Both the position numbers and the translations under genes were made by a program. From Gammaproteobacteria bacterium (GTDB lineage: Bacteria > Pseudomonadota > Gammaproteobacteria > UBA4575), in NCBI GenBank assembly GCA_965222615.1, contig CBDCUI010000008.1, forward strand, positions 192,001-256,000: DNA of 64,000 nucleotides, in the 5' to 3' direction. The first letter of the stretch is position 1. Each line of letters opens with the position of its first letter. The notes beneath the pieces are model-generated. The model was not told where the DNA came from. It did no database searches and saw only the letters and a program-made list of their open reading frames with translations. This document shows, piece after piece, positions 49,096 through 59,958 of the stretch.

Positions 49096-50376
49096 ATGAG
49101 TGTTGGTAAAGAAATGTTTGCGTTATCTGAGCGTTTGTTCCCAATTTGTAGAAGTATTTCTGGTGATGGAGTAAGAGAAACTTTAAGCATTATTAAAGAG
49201 CATATCCCTATTGAGACTCATGAGATTCCTAGTAATACAAATGTATTTGATTGGACCATCCCACGCGAATGGAATATTCGGGGTGCCTATATAAAAAATC
49301 AAAAAGGAGAACGAGTAGTAGATTTTAAAAATTCGAATCTACATGTTATAAGTTACAGTATACCAATAAATAAAAAACTCACACTGACAGAGCTGAAAGA
49401 ACATCTCTATACGATTCCAGAAAAGCCAGATTGTATACCCTATCGCACTTCATATTATGAAGATACTTGGGGTTTTTGTCTGACACATAATCAGTTAAAA
49501 ACTTTGGATGATGGGCTCTATGAGGTTTATATTGATTCTGATCTCTCTGATGGCCATCTTACTTATGGTGAGTGCTTGATTGAAGGCGATAGCAAAGAAG
49601 AAATTCTTCTGTCTGCACACGTATGCCATCCATCTCTCGCCAATGATAATTTATCGGGAATTACGGTATTGACATATCTTGCTAAGCATTTAAGTGATAC
49701 CCCTCGTCGTCGCTATACTTATAGATTGATATTTGCTCCTGGTACGATTGGTTCGATCACATGGCTTGCTAAAAACGAAGATAAAATTAATCATATTAAA
49801 CATGGCTTAGTAATTTCTTGCGTCGGAGATGCAGGTAGTTTTACGTATAAATGTAGTAGGCAAAAGGATGCTGAAGTTAATCAAGTTGTAGCTTATGCAC
49901 TTGAAAATAGCGGTTTGCCATACACTGTAGAAGATTTTTCACCATATGGGTATGACGAGCGACAATATTGTTCGCCTGGAATAAATTTAAATGTTGGCTT
50001 ATTTGAAAGAAGCAAGTATGGATCTTTTCCAGAGTATCATACTTCAGCAGACAATCTTGATTTTATCCATCCTGCATATTTAGAAGAATCATATGAGTTG
50101 ATTAAAGACATTTTGAATATTTTTGAATGTAATAAAACATTCAAAAATAATTTTCCTAAGTGTGAACCACAGCTTGGAAAAAGAGGGTTATATCGTGCTA
50201 TAGGTGGTGAGCTGGATAAAGCGACAAAGCAGTTAGCTATGTTATGGGTTTTAAACCAATCAGATGGAACAAAATCTTTGCTTGAAATTACTAAACAGTC
50301 TGGAATTAATTTTGAAATTATTTGTGAAGCAGCTGCATTATTAAATTCGCATGAAATAATTACAACTGAATTTTAA
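49096..50376 (+). CDS. DUF4910-type protein (M28 peptidase-like with C-terminal HTH)
   Basis: PICRSISGDG, HVCHPSLANDNLSG, DERQY, YHTSAD, EPQLGKRGLY. Confidence 0.85.
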   Translation: MSVGKEMFALSERLFPICRSISGDGVRETLSIIKEHIPIETHEIPSNTNVFDWTIPREWNIRGAYIKNQKGERVVDFKNSNLHVISYSIPINKKLTLTELKEHLYTIPEKPDCIPYRTSYYEDTWGFCLTHNQLKTLDDGLYEVYIDSDLSDGHLTYGECLIEGDSKEEILLSAHVCHPSLANDNLSGITVLTYLAKHLSDTPRRRYTYRLIFAPGTIGSITWLAKNEDKINHIKHGLVISCVGDAGSFTYKCSRQKDAEVNQVVAYALENSGLPYTVEDFSPYGYDERQYCSPGINLNVGLFERSKYGSFPEYHTSADNLDFIHPAYLEESYELIKDILNIFECNKTFKNNFPKCEPQLGKRGLYRAIGGELDKATKQLAMLWVLNQSDGTKSLLEITKQSGINFEIICEAAALLNSHEIITTEF

Positions 50377-50399
50377 ATACTATTTTAGTTCAACTTAAA

Positions 50400-51230
50400 A
50401 TGATTACTGAAGATAAAATGATAGTAATTGATAGTCAAAGGAAAGGTTGGTCTGCTTTTGACTTTAAAGAGCTTAAAGAATATAGAGACTTGTTCTATTT
50501 TCTTGTTTGGCGCGATATCAAAGCATTATATGCTCAAACTATCTTAGGATTTGCGTGGGCAATTCTTAACCCACTTATTCAAATTGTTATCTTTACAATA
50601 ATTTTTGGAAAAGTCGCGAAACTTCCTACAGATGGGATCCCTTATGTACTGTTTTCTTCTGTAGCGATCATACCTTGGACGTATATGTCGGATGCAATGA
50701 TGAAATCTAGTGCTAGCCTGGTAACTGGCCAAGGTATGCTAGGTAAAATTTATTTTCCACGAATGTTATTCCCAATTACTCCAGTGTTAGCCAAGCTAGT
50801 CGACTTTGGAATATCTTTAATTCTACTTTTAGCAATTGTTATCTACTATCGAGTTCCACTAACCTGGAATCTCTTGTTATTGCCTTTACTGATTGTATTA
50901 ATGATTATGATTCCCACCGCAATCGGTTTGTGGCTGTCTGCACTTGCGATTAGGTATCGAGATGTCAAATTTGCAATGCCGTTTGTGCTCAGGATGTTAA
51001 TTTATACGGCACCAATTTTATATTCTGCTTCGTCAATACCAGAAAACTATAGAATTCTCTATTCGTTAAACCCGCTTGTAGCAGTAATAGAGGGATTTCG
51101 TAGTTGTTTATTAGGTATACCAATACAATATGAATATATAATTCCAGGTATTATTACAACAGTAGTTTTATTTATAAGTGGTGCAATTTACTTCAAAAAG
51201 ATGGAATCGATATTTGTTGACGTAATTTAA
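50400..51230 (+). CDS. wzm: ABC transporter permease (Wzm)
   Basis: [26 protein letters not shown]. Confidence 0.9.
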   Translation: MITEDKMIVIDSQRKGWSAFDFKELKEYRDLFYFLVWRDIKALYAQTILGFAWAILNPLIQIVIFTIIFGKVAKLPTDGIPYVLFSSVAIIPWTYMSDAMMKSSASLVTGQGMLGKIYFPRMLFPITPVLAKLVDFGISLILLLAIVIYYRVPLTWNLLLLPLLIVLMIMIPTAIGLWLSALAIRYRDVKFAMPFVLRMLIYTAPILYSASSIPENYRILYSLNPLVAVIEGFRSCLLGIPIQYEYIIPGIITTVVLFISGAIYFKKMESIFVDVI

Positions 51231-51258
51231 TGGGCTGTCAAAATTTATTGAAGTAGCT

Positions 51259-52614
51259 ATGGATACTAAAGAATTTGCATTTAGAGCAAAAAATATTAGC
51301 AAGATATATCGACTCGGCGCAAAAAATATTGCGAAAGATAGTCTTGGTGCAATTCTATTTGATCTGGCTAGGAGCCCTTTAAAAAACTATAAAAAATATC
51401 GCGCTCTATACAAATTTAGTGAAGATGAACTTCATAGCAAATCAAATTACAATGAATCTTCTGATATTTTATGGGCACTTAATAACGTATCTTTTGATAT
51501 TAAACGAGGTGAAACGGTTGGGATAATCGGGCGTAACGGTGCCGGAAAATCAACTTTACTTAAAGTTTTAGCGCGGATAACTCACCCTACAAGCGGTCGA
51601 GTAGAAATAAGAGGAAGAATAGCAAGTCTGTTAGAGGTGGGTACAGGATTTCATCCAGAATTAACTGGAAGAGAAAATGTTTATCTCAATGGCACTGTAC
51701 TAGGGATGAGAAAACATGAAGTCGATAGAAAGTTTGATGAAATTGTAGATTTTTCAGGGGTAGAAAAATTTATCGATACACCTGTGAAGAGATATTCTAG
51801 TGGGATGCGGGTACGCCTGGCTTTTGCAGTAGCTGCACACTTGGAACCGGAAATTCTTATTGTCGATGAGGTCCTGGCGGTTGGAGATTCGGCATTTCAA
51901 AAAAAGTGCTTACACAAAATGGAAGATGTCAGTCAACATGGTAGAACCGTTTTATTCGTTTCACATAATATGGCATCAGTGAGTCGATTGTGCGAGCGTG
52001 GCATTTTGTTAGACGAAGGTACTGTGATTCAAGATGGACCCATGCATAAAGTTGTTAGTACTTACTTATCTAGTGGCACAGGTACTTCAGCTGCGAAAGA
52101 ATGGCCTGATCCTGCAAAGGCACCTGGCGAGAATGTCGCACGTCTACGGGCGGTAAGAATTATTGATAGTGATAGTAATGTTTCTGAAATTATCGATATA
52201 AGAAATAAGGTTGGAATTCAAATGGAATTTGATGTGATTGAAACGGGTTATACGATGCTTCCTCTTTTTTATATCAATAATGAAGATGGAGTGACAGCAT
52301 TTAAGACCATGGATCAAGATCTTGAATGGAGATCTAAGCCTCGGCCACTAGGACGCTTTGTCAGTACAGCATGGATTCCTGGTAACTACCTTGCAGAGGG
52401 TTCGATTTTAATTACTTGTGCACTTACTACAGTGAATCCAAATATTCCACAATTTATTGAACGTCAAACAGTTGCGGCTCAGATTGTTGACCCGATGGAA
52501 GGTGATTCGGCTAGAGGCGATTGGGCTGGGGAGATGGAAGGTGTGGTTAGACCTAAGTTGAATTGGGAAACACAATATATCGCATTAGAACAATCGAATG
52601 TTATGTCCGGTTAA
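51259..52614 (+). CDS. wzt: ABC transporter ATPase with Wzt C-terminal domain
   Basis: [23 protein letters not shown]; about 180-aa C-terminal domain. Confidence 0.92.
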   Translation: MDTKEFAFRAKNISKIYRLGAKNIAKDSLGAILFDLARSPLKNYKKYRALYKFSEDELHSKSNYNESSDILWALNNVSFDIKRGETVGIIGRNGAGKSTLLKVLARITHPTSGRVEIRGRIASLLEVGTGFHPELTGRENVYLNGTVLGMRKHEVDRKFDEIVDFSGVEKFIDTPVKRYSSGMRVRLAFAVAAHLEPEILIVDEVLAVGDSAFQKKCLHKMEDVSQHGRTVLFVSHNMASVSRLCERGILLDEGTVIQDGPMHKVVSTYLSSGTGTSAAKEWPDPAKAPGENVARLRAVRIIDSDSNVSEIIDIRNKVGIQMEFDVIETGYTMLPLFYINNEDGVTAFKTMDQDLEWRSKPRPLGRFVSTAWIPGNYLAEGSILITCALTTVNPNIPQFIERQTVAAQIVDPMEGDSARGDWAGEMEGVVRPKLNWETQYIALEQSNVMSG

Positions 52615-52665
52615 TATTTAGAAATAAATATATTTTTTGCTTTTCACTAGTTTTCATGAAAAATT

Positions 52666-53337
52666 ATGTTTCAGAATGTCATAACAAATGTCGAAACAAA
52701 TGACAGAGTAACTGCATTGACCTTTGATGATGGTCCTCATCCCGTATATACACCCAGCTTATTGCATATTCTCAAAAAGCATAAAGCCAAAGCTACTTTT
52801 TTTCTTGTAGGTGAACAAGCCGTTAAATATCCGGATATTGTTGAGCAGATAGCTACAGCTGGACATGAAATAGGCACTCATACTTGGAAACATAGAAATC
52901 TAACATTAATCAAATCACGACGCCATCGAATGAAGTTAATGTGGAAAGGTTCGAAAGCGATTGCACCTTACTTCACGCGTTTATTTAGACCACCATATGG
53001 AGCACAAGACAAACGCATTCAGATTGATGCATCAATTTTGAGGTATAAGCTTGTACTTTGGAACGTTTCTGCGCAGGATTGGATACCGCAGCAAGCAGAA
53101 GAAATAACGGGAAAAATTGTAAATCGCGTTGCGCCAGGAAATATATTTCTTTTACATGATGCTATATATGATAGTCAGAAGCAGGGTACAGCTAAAATGC
53201 ATGATCGTGAACCTATGTTAACTGGTCTTGACAATGCACTTACTGAACTTAAAAACAAGTTTCGATTTATTACTGTAAGTGAGATTATTAAATGTGGAAA
53301 ATCCGTATGCAATTGGCCAATTAAAAGTATGGCCTAG
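52666..53337 (+). CDS. Polysaccharide deacetylase (NodB/CE4)
   Basis: TFDDGP, HTWKH, FRPPYG, LLHD. Confidence 0.92.
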   Translation: MFQNVITNVETNDRVTALTFDDGPHPVYTPSLLHILKKHKAKATFFLVGEQAVKYPDIVEQIATAGHEIGTHTWKHRNLTLIKSRRHRMKLMWKGSKAIAPYFTRLFRPPYGAQDKRIQIDASILRYKLVLWNVSAQDWIPQQAEEITGKIVNRVAPGNIFLLHDAIYDSQKQGTAKMHDREPMLTGLDNALTELKNKFRFITVSEIIKCGKSVCNWPIKSMA

Positions 53338-53418
53338 GTTTTATTCCGTCTAGAACTAAGTGTGAGTTCCGATTCATACATTAAGTTTAACTACTTTTTC
53401 TAGCTCAGGACTAACGAA

Positions 53419-54324
53419 TTGACAGCATCTACAATACAACTCAGTGTAATAATACCCTGCTTCAATGCCGGCGCTACATTAGCCGAGCAGCTTGATGCGC
53501 TTAGTGCTCAAAAATGGTCTAAGCCATGGGAATTAATCGTTTCCGATAACGGTTCAACTGATAATTCAAATGAGATTGCACAGCAATACAAAGACAGGTT
53601 TCATGCCTTTAAAATTGTAGACTCATCTGAAAAAAGAGGTGGTGCGAACGCTGTCAATAAAGGAGTGATCGAAGCCAGTTCCGATAATATTGCTGTTTGT
53701 GATGCTGATGATGAAGTAACACCAGGTTGGGTAGCGGCAATGGGAGATGCTTTGAGTAAGCATGAAATTGTTTGCGGTAAATTCAAGTTTGATAAATTTA
53801 ATGCGCCTGAAGATGCGGAACGAGCTCTACAAGGCTGGGAGACAGGGCTTTATGTGGGAAGATTTTTGCCTGGTGGTGGAAGTGGCAATTATGGAATTAG
53901 GAAATCTGTTCATGACAGTATTGATGGTTTTGACACATGTTTTAAAAATGTTTATGACGCAGATTATTTTTGGAGATTGCAATTAAAAGGTCATAAATTG
54001 CATGTTGTGCAAGATGCAGTTATTCAAATTCGTTTACCACAAGCTAATTCTTCTTTATCTTATAGGTTTCGTAAAGCGAAAGGTAAAGCGGCATCAAATT
54101 ATTGGCTTTATAAGCGCTATAAAGAATATGGTATGCGGGCCCCTAAACCATTTACAAAAATATTTATTGAATGGACATTGCTATTGAGAAATGGAATGCG
54201 TAATTGTTTGAAGAACAAAGAAAATAGGTTTGTATGGCTCCCAAAATTCGCCCAAAAAACCGGGTTCCTGGTTGGGGAAATTCAAGGTCGATTATCGAAC
54301 CCATGCAAACCATTTATACCTTAG
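53419..54324 (+). CDS. Glycosyltransferase family 2
   Basis: SVIIPCFN, SDNGSTD, DADD. Confidence 0.9.
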   Translation: MTASTIQLSVIIPCFNAGATLAEQLDALSAQKWSKPWELIVSDNGSTDNSNEIAQQYKDRFHAFKIVDSSEKRGGANAVNKGVIEASSDNIAVCDADDEVTPGWVAAMGDALSKHEIVCGKFKFDKFNAPEDAERALQGWETGLYVGRFLPGGGSGNYGIRKSVHDSIDGFDTCFKNVYDADYFWRLQLKGHKLHVVQDAVIQIRLPQANSSLSYRFRKAKGKAASNYWLYKRYKEYGMRAPKPFTKIFIEWTLLLRNGMRNCLKNKENRFVWLPKFAQKTGFLVGEIQGRLSNPCKPFIP

Positions 54325-54359
54325 TAATAAAATAAGAATCTATTACTTTAGTATTTTTG

Positions 54360-55772
54360 TTATTTATGTTTAATATGTAAATATAAGACTGCATCGCCAT
54401 TAAATGGTGCACTAAATTGCATTTTATTTTGTAAATTAGCTATACCAGTTTCGACTATTTTTCCAGATGCCGGATTAAACCACTCATATTTATAAGTACC
54501 TGAAACTATTTGTGCATGAAAGGCGCCAGAGTTGGGCTGATATATGAGATATTCTAAGCCTGGATTCCTTAGGCAGTAACCTGTAGAGCAGTGTTCTAAA
54601 TTAGACGAAGGCACCATGTTTACTAAATCAATTTTTTTTGAATATTCTAAAGTGTAACCCATATTCTTTCGAGCATCGATTAAGTTCCACTTTTTCCAGT
54701 GGCCACCTAAAGGATCCATATAAATGGGATTTAAACCTCTTAGAAAACTTTTCCAAATCCAAATTCTATCTCCTCCTATGCCCCATAAATGGTCTGTATC
54801 ACTAATAATAATTTTTTCGCCGTTAGCAAGTGGTGGATCTTTTCTATAATTTTCACCATTATTTTTATTTTGGATGGGAGAAATCCAATCCGCATCACTT
54901 TCAAAAACAAATTTGTTTCCCAACGATTTGTGGCTTGTTAAGCCAACTGGATGTTGATTGGGTTTTGTAGCTTGATAATGATTGAGATAGTCTAGAAGCG
55001 CATATTGCCATTGTTTATGTTTTTCAGCCCAAAATTTGTCCATACCAGGATCTTCGTTGCAAATTTCGTATAAGACATTATCGAAATCATTTACAGTATC
55101 GACAATTTTTCGAATATAGGCCTTCTGAAACTCAAGGATGGTGTTATCTAATACAGAATGAAATTCTTCGCCCTCACCATTGCGGTTCAAATAATCAGCG
55201 TTTAACTCATTGATATTATTGGATTTATTGAATGGATGGTACTTAAATACATTAATGTGATTGCCAAAGCTAGTATCTATGCTCCAGCCTTGAAACAGCA
55301 TAATGCTAATATATTGGTTTCGATATTTAGCAATTTTTACTCTGGAACTTAAAATGTCGAAATGGAGTTGGTTAAATTTATTTAAATCAAATTTCAATAA
55401 GCCGTCATTAGCATTCCCTGGGCCGGTTCTTTGCCAAGGCATTATTGAGACAGTATCGCCTTCTTCAGTATATGCATTTCCTTTAGTGTGTTCGCTCATC
55501 CAATATCTAATGAAATTATGGCCATGCCTTTCAAGCATTTTAGAAAATTCATTGAAAGACCCTGGTTTTATAAATGACCAAGTGTGCGAACCAGTGAGAT
55601 AAACAATTTCATTTTTTGCATTTGCAAAATAGCGTGGATTATCAGGATGGACTGTGAGTGGACTAGAGCTAAGTGTTGTACTACCTAGTATGTAAACTAG
55701 GAATATGCTTATTTTTAGAATTATTTTTTTTAACAATTTAATTAATAAATAATGTAATAAATAATTAATCAC
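54360..55772 (-). CDS. Secreted glycoside hydrolase-like TIM-barrel protein (DUF6298-like)
   Basis: N-terminal hydrophobic segment; NPRYF, LTGSHTW, YEICNE, DTDHLW, WFNP. Confidence 0.7.
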   Translation of the reverse strand: MINYLLHYLLIKLLKKIILKISIFLVYILGSTTLSSSPLTVHPDNPRYFANAKNEIVYLTGSHTWSFIKPGSFNEFSKMLERHGHNFIRYWMSEHTKGNAYTEEGDTVSIMPWQRTGPGNANDGLLKFDLNKFNQLHFDILSSRVKIAKYRNQYISIMLFQGWSIDTSFGNHINVFKYHPFNKSNNINELNADYLNRNGEGEEFHSVLDNTILEFQKAYIRKIVDTVNDFDNVLYEICNEDPGMDKFWAEKHKQWQYALLDYLNHYQATKPNQHPVGLTSHKSLGNKFVFESDADWISPIQNKNNGENYRKDPPLANGEKIIISDTDHLWGIGGDRIWIWKSFLRGLNPIYMDPLGGHWKKWNLIDARKNMGYTLEYSKKIDLVNMVPSSNLEHCSTGYCLRNPGLEYLIYQPNSGAFHAQIVSGTYKYEWFNPASGKIVETGIANLQNKMQFSAPFNGDAVLYLHIKHK

Positions 55773-55834
55773 ACGCTGCAGAGTAGATTTACAATATTTA
55801 GTAAGAAAGAATTTATAAATTATGGTTGTAATTA

Positions 55835-57043
55835 TTATAAATAAAGAATTTCGGAAATAACTTCTTTATATTTTATTGCATAGTTTTCTCTTGTGTGATG
55901 TTTCCTGGCAAATTCCCAAGCTTTGCGTGATCTAGCTTCTAATTTTTCAGCGGATAAATTAGCGATGTATCTTACTGAATGCTTAATTTCATCGACCGAA
56001 CTGTTATTAAGGATCAGGCCAAAATCTTCAACATCTGATGCAGTCTCATAGCTTATTATAGGGATTAATCCTGCGTGCATACCCATTTTTACAGAACCTG
56101 TACCGGCCTCAGAGCAACTTATATGCAGCATGGCAACACAATTTTTAATTATTTTTTTAAACTGATCGCCTTCAATGTCAACCCAGCCAATTGTTTCAAT
56201 ATTAGGTGTATTAAATAATTCATTATGATAAGCATTAATAAAATCTTTGTCTTTTTCTAGTGTTACACAAATGGTTAAATGGCAATCAGGTAAATCGCGA
56301 AATGCATCTAATACTAAATCTAAGCCTTTATGTACGAAGCCACTACTACTGAACCAAAGAAAATTGTTTCTAACATGATTCCAATTTTTATCCTCAATCC
56401 AGTCATAAGTAGTTGCACACGGGGTGGGCAATTTAAATATTTTTTTATTTGCGTAACTAAACGTATTGATGCACGCATCGTTGCCAACAGTGGTGGCATA
56501 GTCTGCATAATCTATAAGTAAATTAGGTGGTTCAAATCTTCGAGGTTGTAAAATTATACTGCGTCTAATTTGCAATTCTAATAATCTTTTTGCTTCTGCA
56601 GCATTATGGAAAAGTATGTGGGAAGTATCTAAATGAGCTATTTTTACACAGTCGTCATTAAGTAATGGGGCAAGCCGCTCCATGTTTCTGCGTACATCTA
56701 CAAATGCTGCATATTCTCCCTCCGGGATGTATTTATCATTTCTCCAACTGATTACATCGACAATGTAGCCAAGTTCGACAAAAATCTCTGCCATGTTTAC
56801 CGATTGCCATATATTAGTGTGATTATTGGCAATTTGATCTTTGGACTGAACAAGAAACCCATTAATTATGTAAGAAAAGAGAACTTTCCCGCGTGCTGTT
56901 CCTTCGGGTTCGAGCCTGACTACAATACGATCAAGTTTTTCAGTTTTCAGTTTTTTTTTAGTACTACGAAAACAGGATTTTAGCGCTTGAACATATGTAT
57001 AGACTTCACTGCTTTGAGCAGGGCTTATGATCGTTTTTTTCAT
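55835..57043 (-). CDS. GT-B (GT4-like) glycosyltransferase
   Basis: HKGLDLVLDAF; SCSEAG...GLIPI. Confidence 0.8.
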   Translation of the reverse strand: MKKTIISPAQSSEVYTYVQALKSCFRSTKKKLKTEKLDRIVVRLEPEGTARGKVLFSYIINGFLVQSKDQIANNHTNIWQSVNMAEIFVELGYIVDVISWRNDKYIPEGEYAAFVDVRRNMERLAPLLNDDCVKIAHLDTSHILFHNAAEAKRLLELQIRRSIILQPRRFEPPNLLIDYADYATTVGNDACINTFSYANKKIFKLPTPCATTYDWIEDKNWNHVRNNFLWFSSSGFVHKGLDLVLDAFRDLPDCHLTICVTLEKDKDFINAYHNELFNTPNIETIGWVDIEGDQFKKIIKNCVAMLHISCSEAGTGSVKMGMHAGLIPIISYETASDVEDFGLILNNSSVDEIKHSVRYIANLSAEKLEARSRKAWEFARKHHTRENYAIKYKEVISEILYL

Positions 57044-57111
57044 TATTCTATTTTAAAAAAATAAAATTTTTCTGTGTCATTGAAATTTAGCTGAAATTAG
57101 CACTAAAGTTT

Positions 57112-57984
57112 CTAAGTTCTAGTGGTATTAATAGTAGAACTAGCTAATTTTTTTATTGCTCTTTGAGTAAAGACTTTTAGTCGCTTAAACATGTTAAAAT
57201 TTTGTTCTGAATTTTTTTGTGGTATAGGACGCATCAAGATGAGGTTTAAAGGCACCGCACTATTACGTGTCCAGAGGTGTTTCTCCTCTTCGCAACTGAT
57301 ATCCGCTGAAGCGTGAGATTTTTGCTTAATAAAAGTTTCTTCTGAAGGCCAATGCCAATTTTTCTCCCATGTCCAAACTTTGTAGTCTTGATAGTGATTC
57401 ACAAGTTTTTTCACGATATTATCTTTTGCGGGAAACGTTATCATTTCTTCTACATGAGTATACTGCGGTACAATATGAATTGTCCTAGTACTGCAATAGT
57501 TAGAGTACCAGAGGTTAAAGTTTATTGTCGCTTGTAATTCATTTACAACGCGATAAACTTGTACATGCTCTTCATGACCATATTCCCCCCAAGGATTGTG
57601 CGTAAATATGTTTTGATATTGACTTAGTATAGGACTCAGTTTCTCTTTTAGTTCGTAGTAATTCTTCAGATATATATCTTTGTCTGTTAGATGTGTGTTG
57701 TTTTTCCCAACAAATTCTAGCCCATATTGATTGAAGATTGGTGTTTCAAAGCTTCGCGGCCTCCAAACACCGAGTGAGGAAAGACCTAGACAAGAAACAT
57801 TTTGCATTGGGCTGTTTGATATTGATTTAATGCGCCGCGCTCCAAAGTTTGGATCTGCTAACTCATTGGAAAAACATATTATAATTTGTTGAACTTTTTC
57901 TAGTATAGAACTAAACCACAGAACCTCATCGTCTGGGTGTGCGGCAACGATTACCGAGTTCTTCAACTTGCTTACGTTTCCCAT
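57112..57984 (-). CDS. PIG-L/LmbE-family deacetylase-like protein
   Basis: AAHPDDE, THNPWGEYGHEEH. Confidence 0.8.
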   Translation of the reverse strand: MGNVSKLKNSVIVAAHPDDEVLWFSSILEKVQQIIICFSNELADPNFGARRIKSISNSPMQNVSCLGLSSLGVWRPRSFETPIFNQYGLEFVGKNNTHLTDKDIYLKNYYELKEKLSPILSQYQNIFTHNPWGEYGHEEHVQVYRVVNELQATINFNLWYSNYCSTRTIHIVPQYTHVEEMITFPAKDNIVKKLVNHYQDYKVWTWEKNWHWPSEETFIKQKSHASADISCEEEKHLWTRNSAVPLNLILMRPIPQKNSEQNFNMFKRLKVFTQRAIKKLASSTINTTRT

Positions 57985-58126
57985 TATTAGAAATTACCTT
58001 GTCAGAAAATAATTATTTAAAGGTAATTAGATTTTGCTATTAAAATAATAGAGTATGATACATGATTCGCTATCTCCTTCGATTCACCTTCATTGATCGA
58101 GTATTTTGAATCTAGTTATAAATTGG

Positions 58127-59938
58127 TTACTGATTCAGCTCAGGCAAATCACGTAGTTTAATCTCAAAGAGTTTTGGCCATAACTTTCCAGTGACGAAAA
58201 ATTGGTTACTACTGTTATTATATGCAATACCATTCAAGTTATCCGTTTTTCCCTCTTGATCTTTAATGCTTAATAGGCCTTCAAGGTTAATCCAACCTAC
58301 TACTTGACCAGTTTGAGGGTTTATAATTGCAATGTAATCAGTTGGATGAATATTTGCGTAGATCAGACCGTTTATGAACTGTAATTCGTTCAACCCATTT
58401 TGTGGTTTATCATTACAGTGAACCTGTATTTGTGTAAATTCTTTGAAGGTTTCTGGGCTAAAACATCGCAAAATGGAACTGCCGTTACTCATTATTAGAT
58501 GTTCCCCATCATTAGTTAGTCCCCAACCTTCGCCCTCGTACTTAAACTCACCAATAATATTCAAATTTTGTTTATCGTAGATGAACCCCATTTCAGTCAT
58601 GTGGGTAAGTTGAAAAACTTTATCGTGATATATTGTTATTCCTTCTCCCCATAGATGGGCTGGTAACTCCTTCATTGCAATAACATTGCCGGTTTCAAGG
58701 CATACTTTACGAATCGAGGAAAACCACTTCTGCCCTGTGCTTTCGTATAAAACTCCTTCGTCGAAAACTATGCCCTGCGTCCATGCTTTACTATCGTGCT
58801 TATAGCTCTTGACTACGTCATGTTCGTATATTTGTATTCTATTAAAATTAAACTTATCTATAGACTGTTTTGATTCCTTTATTTTGGGTCGTGGATTTCT
58901 AACAGCACGCCTTCCGATGCGCCAAGCATTTCTTATTAAAGGCCTGATTCTGACTATACCTTTTCGTTCAATCGTTACGTTTTGATTAAAGCGTGGTTTT
59001 GCGCCTAAACTAAATTTATAACGTTCATCACCTACACCTAAATCAAATATCTCAAAGCCTTGTTCTAACGCATACTGAATATTCAATATATTCACTATAA
59101 GCCCGGGAGAGTGTATGCCATGATAATCAAGGTTGTAAGTGATATTGTATCCATATAACGCTTTCTTAATTGGGTCTACAAATCCTGCAAAAGCTCCAAT
59201 TACTACCTCATTATCTTTGAGTACAATAAGCCTTAAGCATCCTTCTGCAAAAGTTATCCTAAACAAACTACGATAGCGTTCGGCACGCATAGGCAACTTT
59301 CCCCACTGTTTTACACGAAATTTCAGTAGTGTCTCTATCTGTTCTTCAAGATTAGCCTGTGTAGTTTCAATAACGGAAAATCCTGAAAGTCTATCAACTT
59401 CTCGAAGTGAACGTCGTATTGCTCCACGTGTCTTTTTTTTAAGATAATTGCTTAAATAATCTTCCCAGTTTTCAGGTAGAGAAATAAAAGGGGCTTGTGT
59501 GTCAGGTTGATGTGAAACACTGTATTTTTTAGTAGAAAATGATTGAATAAATAAATCGAGTCTTGTATCAAATACAGCTTCAAGTGAAAGCGTGTTCCAT
59601 TTTAATGAATTTTGGATAAACTCAGCTATTGTGCTTATGGCTTTCTTTTCGTATTCTTTTCGACAAACAAAACCAGTATGATCAACAAGTGGAACTCCAC
59701 CAGAGACTAAAGTAAAAATGTCTTTTTTTCGACGCAACGCCATAAAGGCAACATAAGGGCCTTGCTCGTTTTGTCGTACTCCAATAACTAACCAATCTCG
59801 GGGGAATAACTTTATCCATGCCTTGGTCCATGCCCATGATACAAAAATTGTTGCTTTGAGATCGGCATTATAAACATCCTCCCAATTAACTTTTAATTCA
59901 TCAAATTCTTCAAAGGACCTTAATAGGGTCACTTGCAT
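58127..59938 (-). CDS. Fusion of a CelD/BcsL-type GNAT domain and a glutaminyl cyclase-like domain
   Basis: N-half SPG...FDLGVGDERYK; C-half TQG..LYESTG, GEGIT, GEGWGLT, NEL, LNGIAY, VTGKLWP. Confidence 0.82.
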   Translation of the reverse strand: MQVTLLRSFEEFDELKVNWEDVYNADLKATIFVSWAWTKAWIKLFPRDWLVIGVRQNEQGPYVAFMALRRKKDIFTLVSGGVPLVDHTGFVCRKEYEKKAISTIAEFIQNSLKWNTLSLEAVFDTRLDLFIQSFSTKKYSVSHQPDTQAPFISLPENWEDYLSNYLKKKTRGAIRRSLREVDRLSGFSVIETTQANLEEQIETLLKFRVKQWGKLPMRAERYRSLFRITFAEGCLRLIVLKDNEVVIGAFAGFVDPIKKALYGYNITYNLDYHGIHSPGLIVNILNIQYALEQGFEIFDLGVGDERYKFSLGAKPRFNQNVTIERKGIVRIRPLIRNAWRIGRRAVRNPRPKIKESKQSIDKFNFNRIQIYEHDVVKSYKHDSKAWTQGIVFDEGVLYESTGQKWFSSIRKVCLETGNVIAMKELPAHLWGEGITIYHDKVFQLTHMTEMGFIYDKQNLNIIGEFKYEGEGWGLTNDGEHLIMSNGSSILRCFSPETFKEFTQIQVHCNDKPQNGLNELQFINGLIYANIHPTDYIAIINPQTGQVVGWINLEGLLSIKDQEGKTDNLNGIAYNNSSNQFFVTGKLWPKLFEIKLRDLPELNQ

Positions 59939-59958
59939 AGTTATCCTCTAGGTATTTC

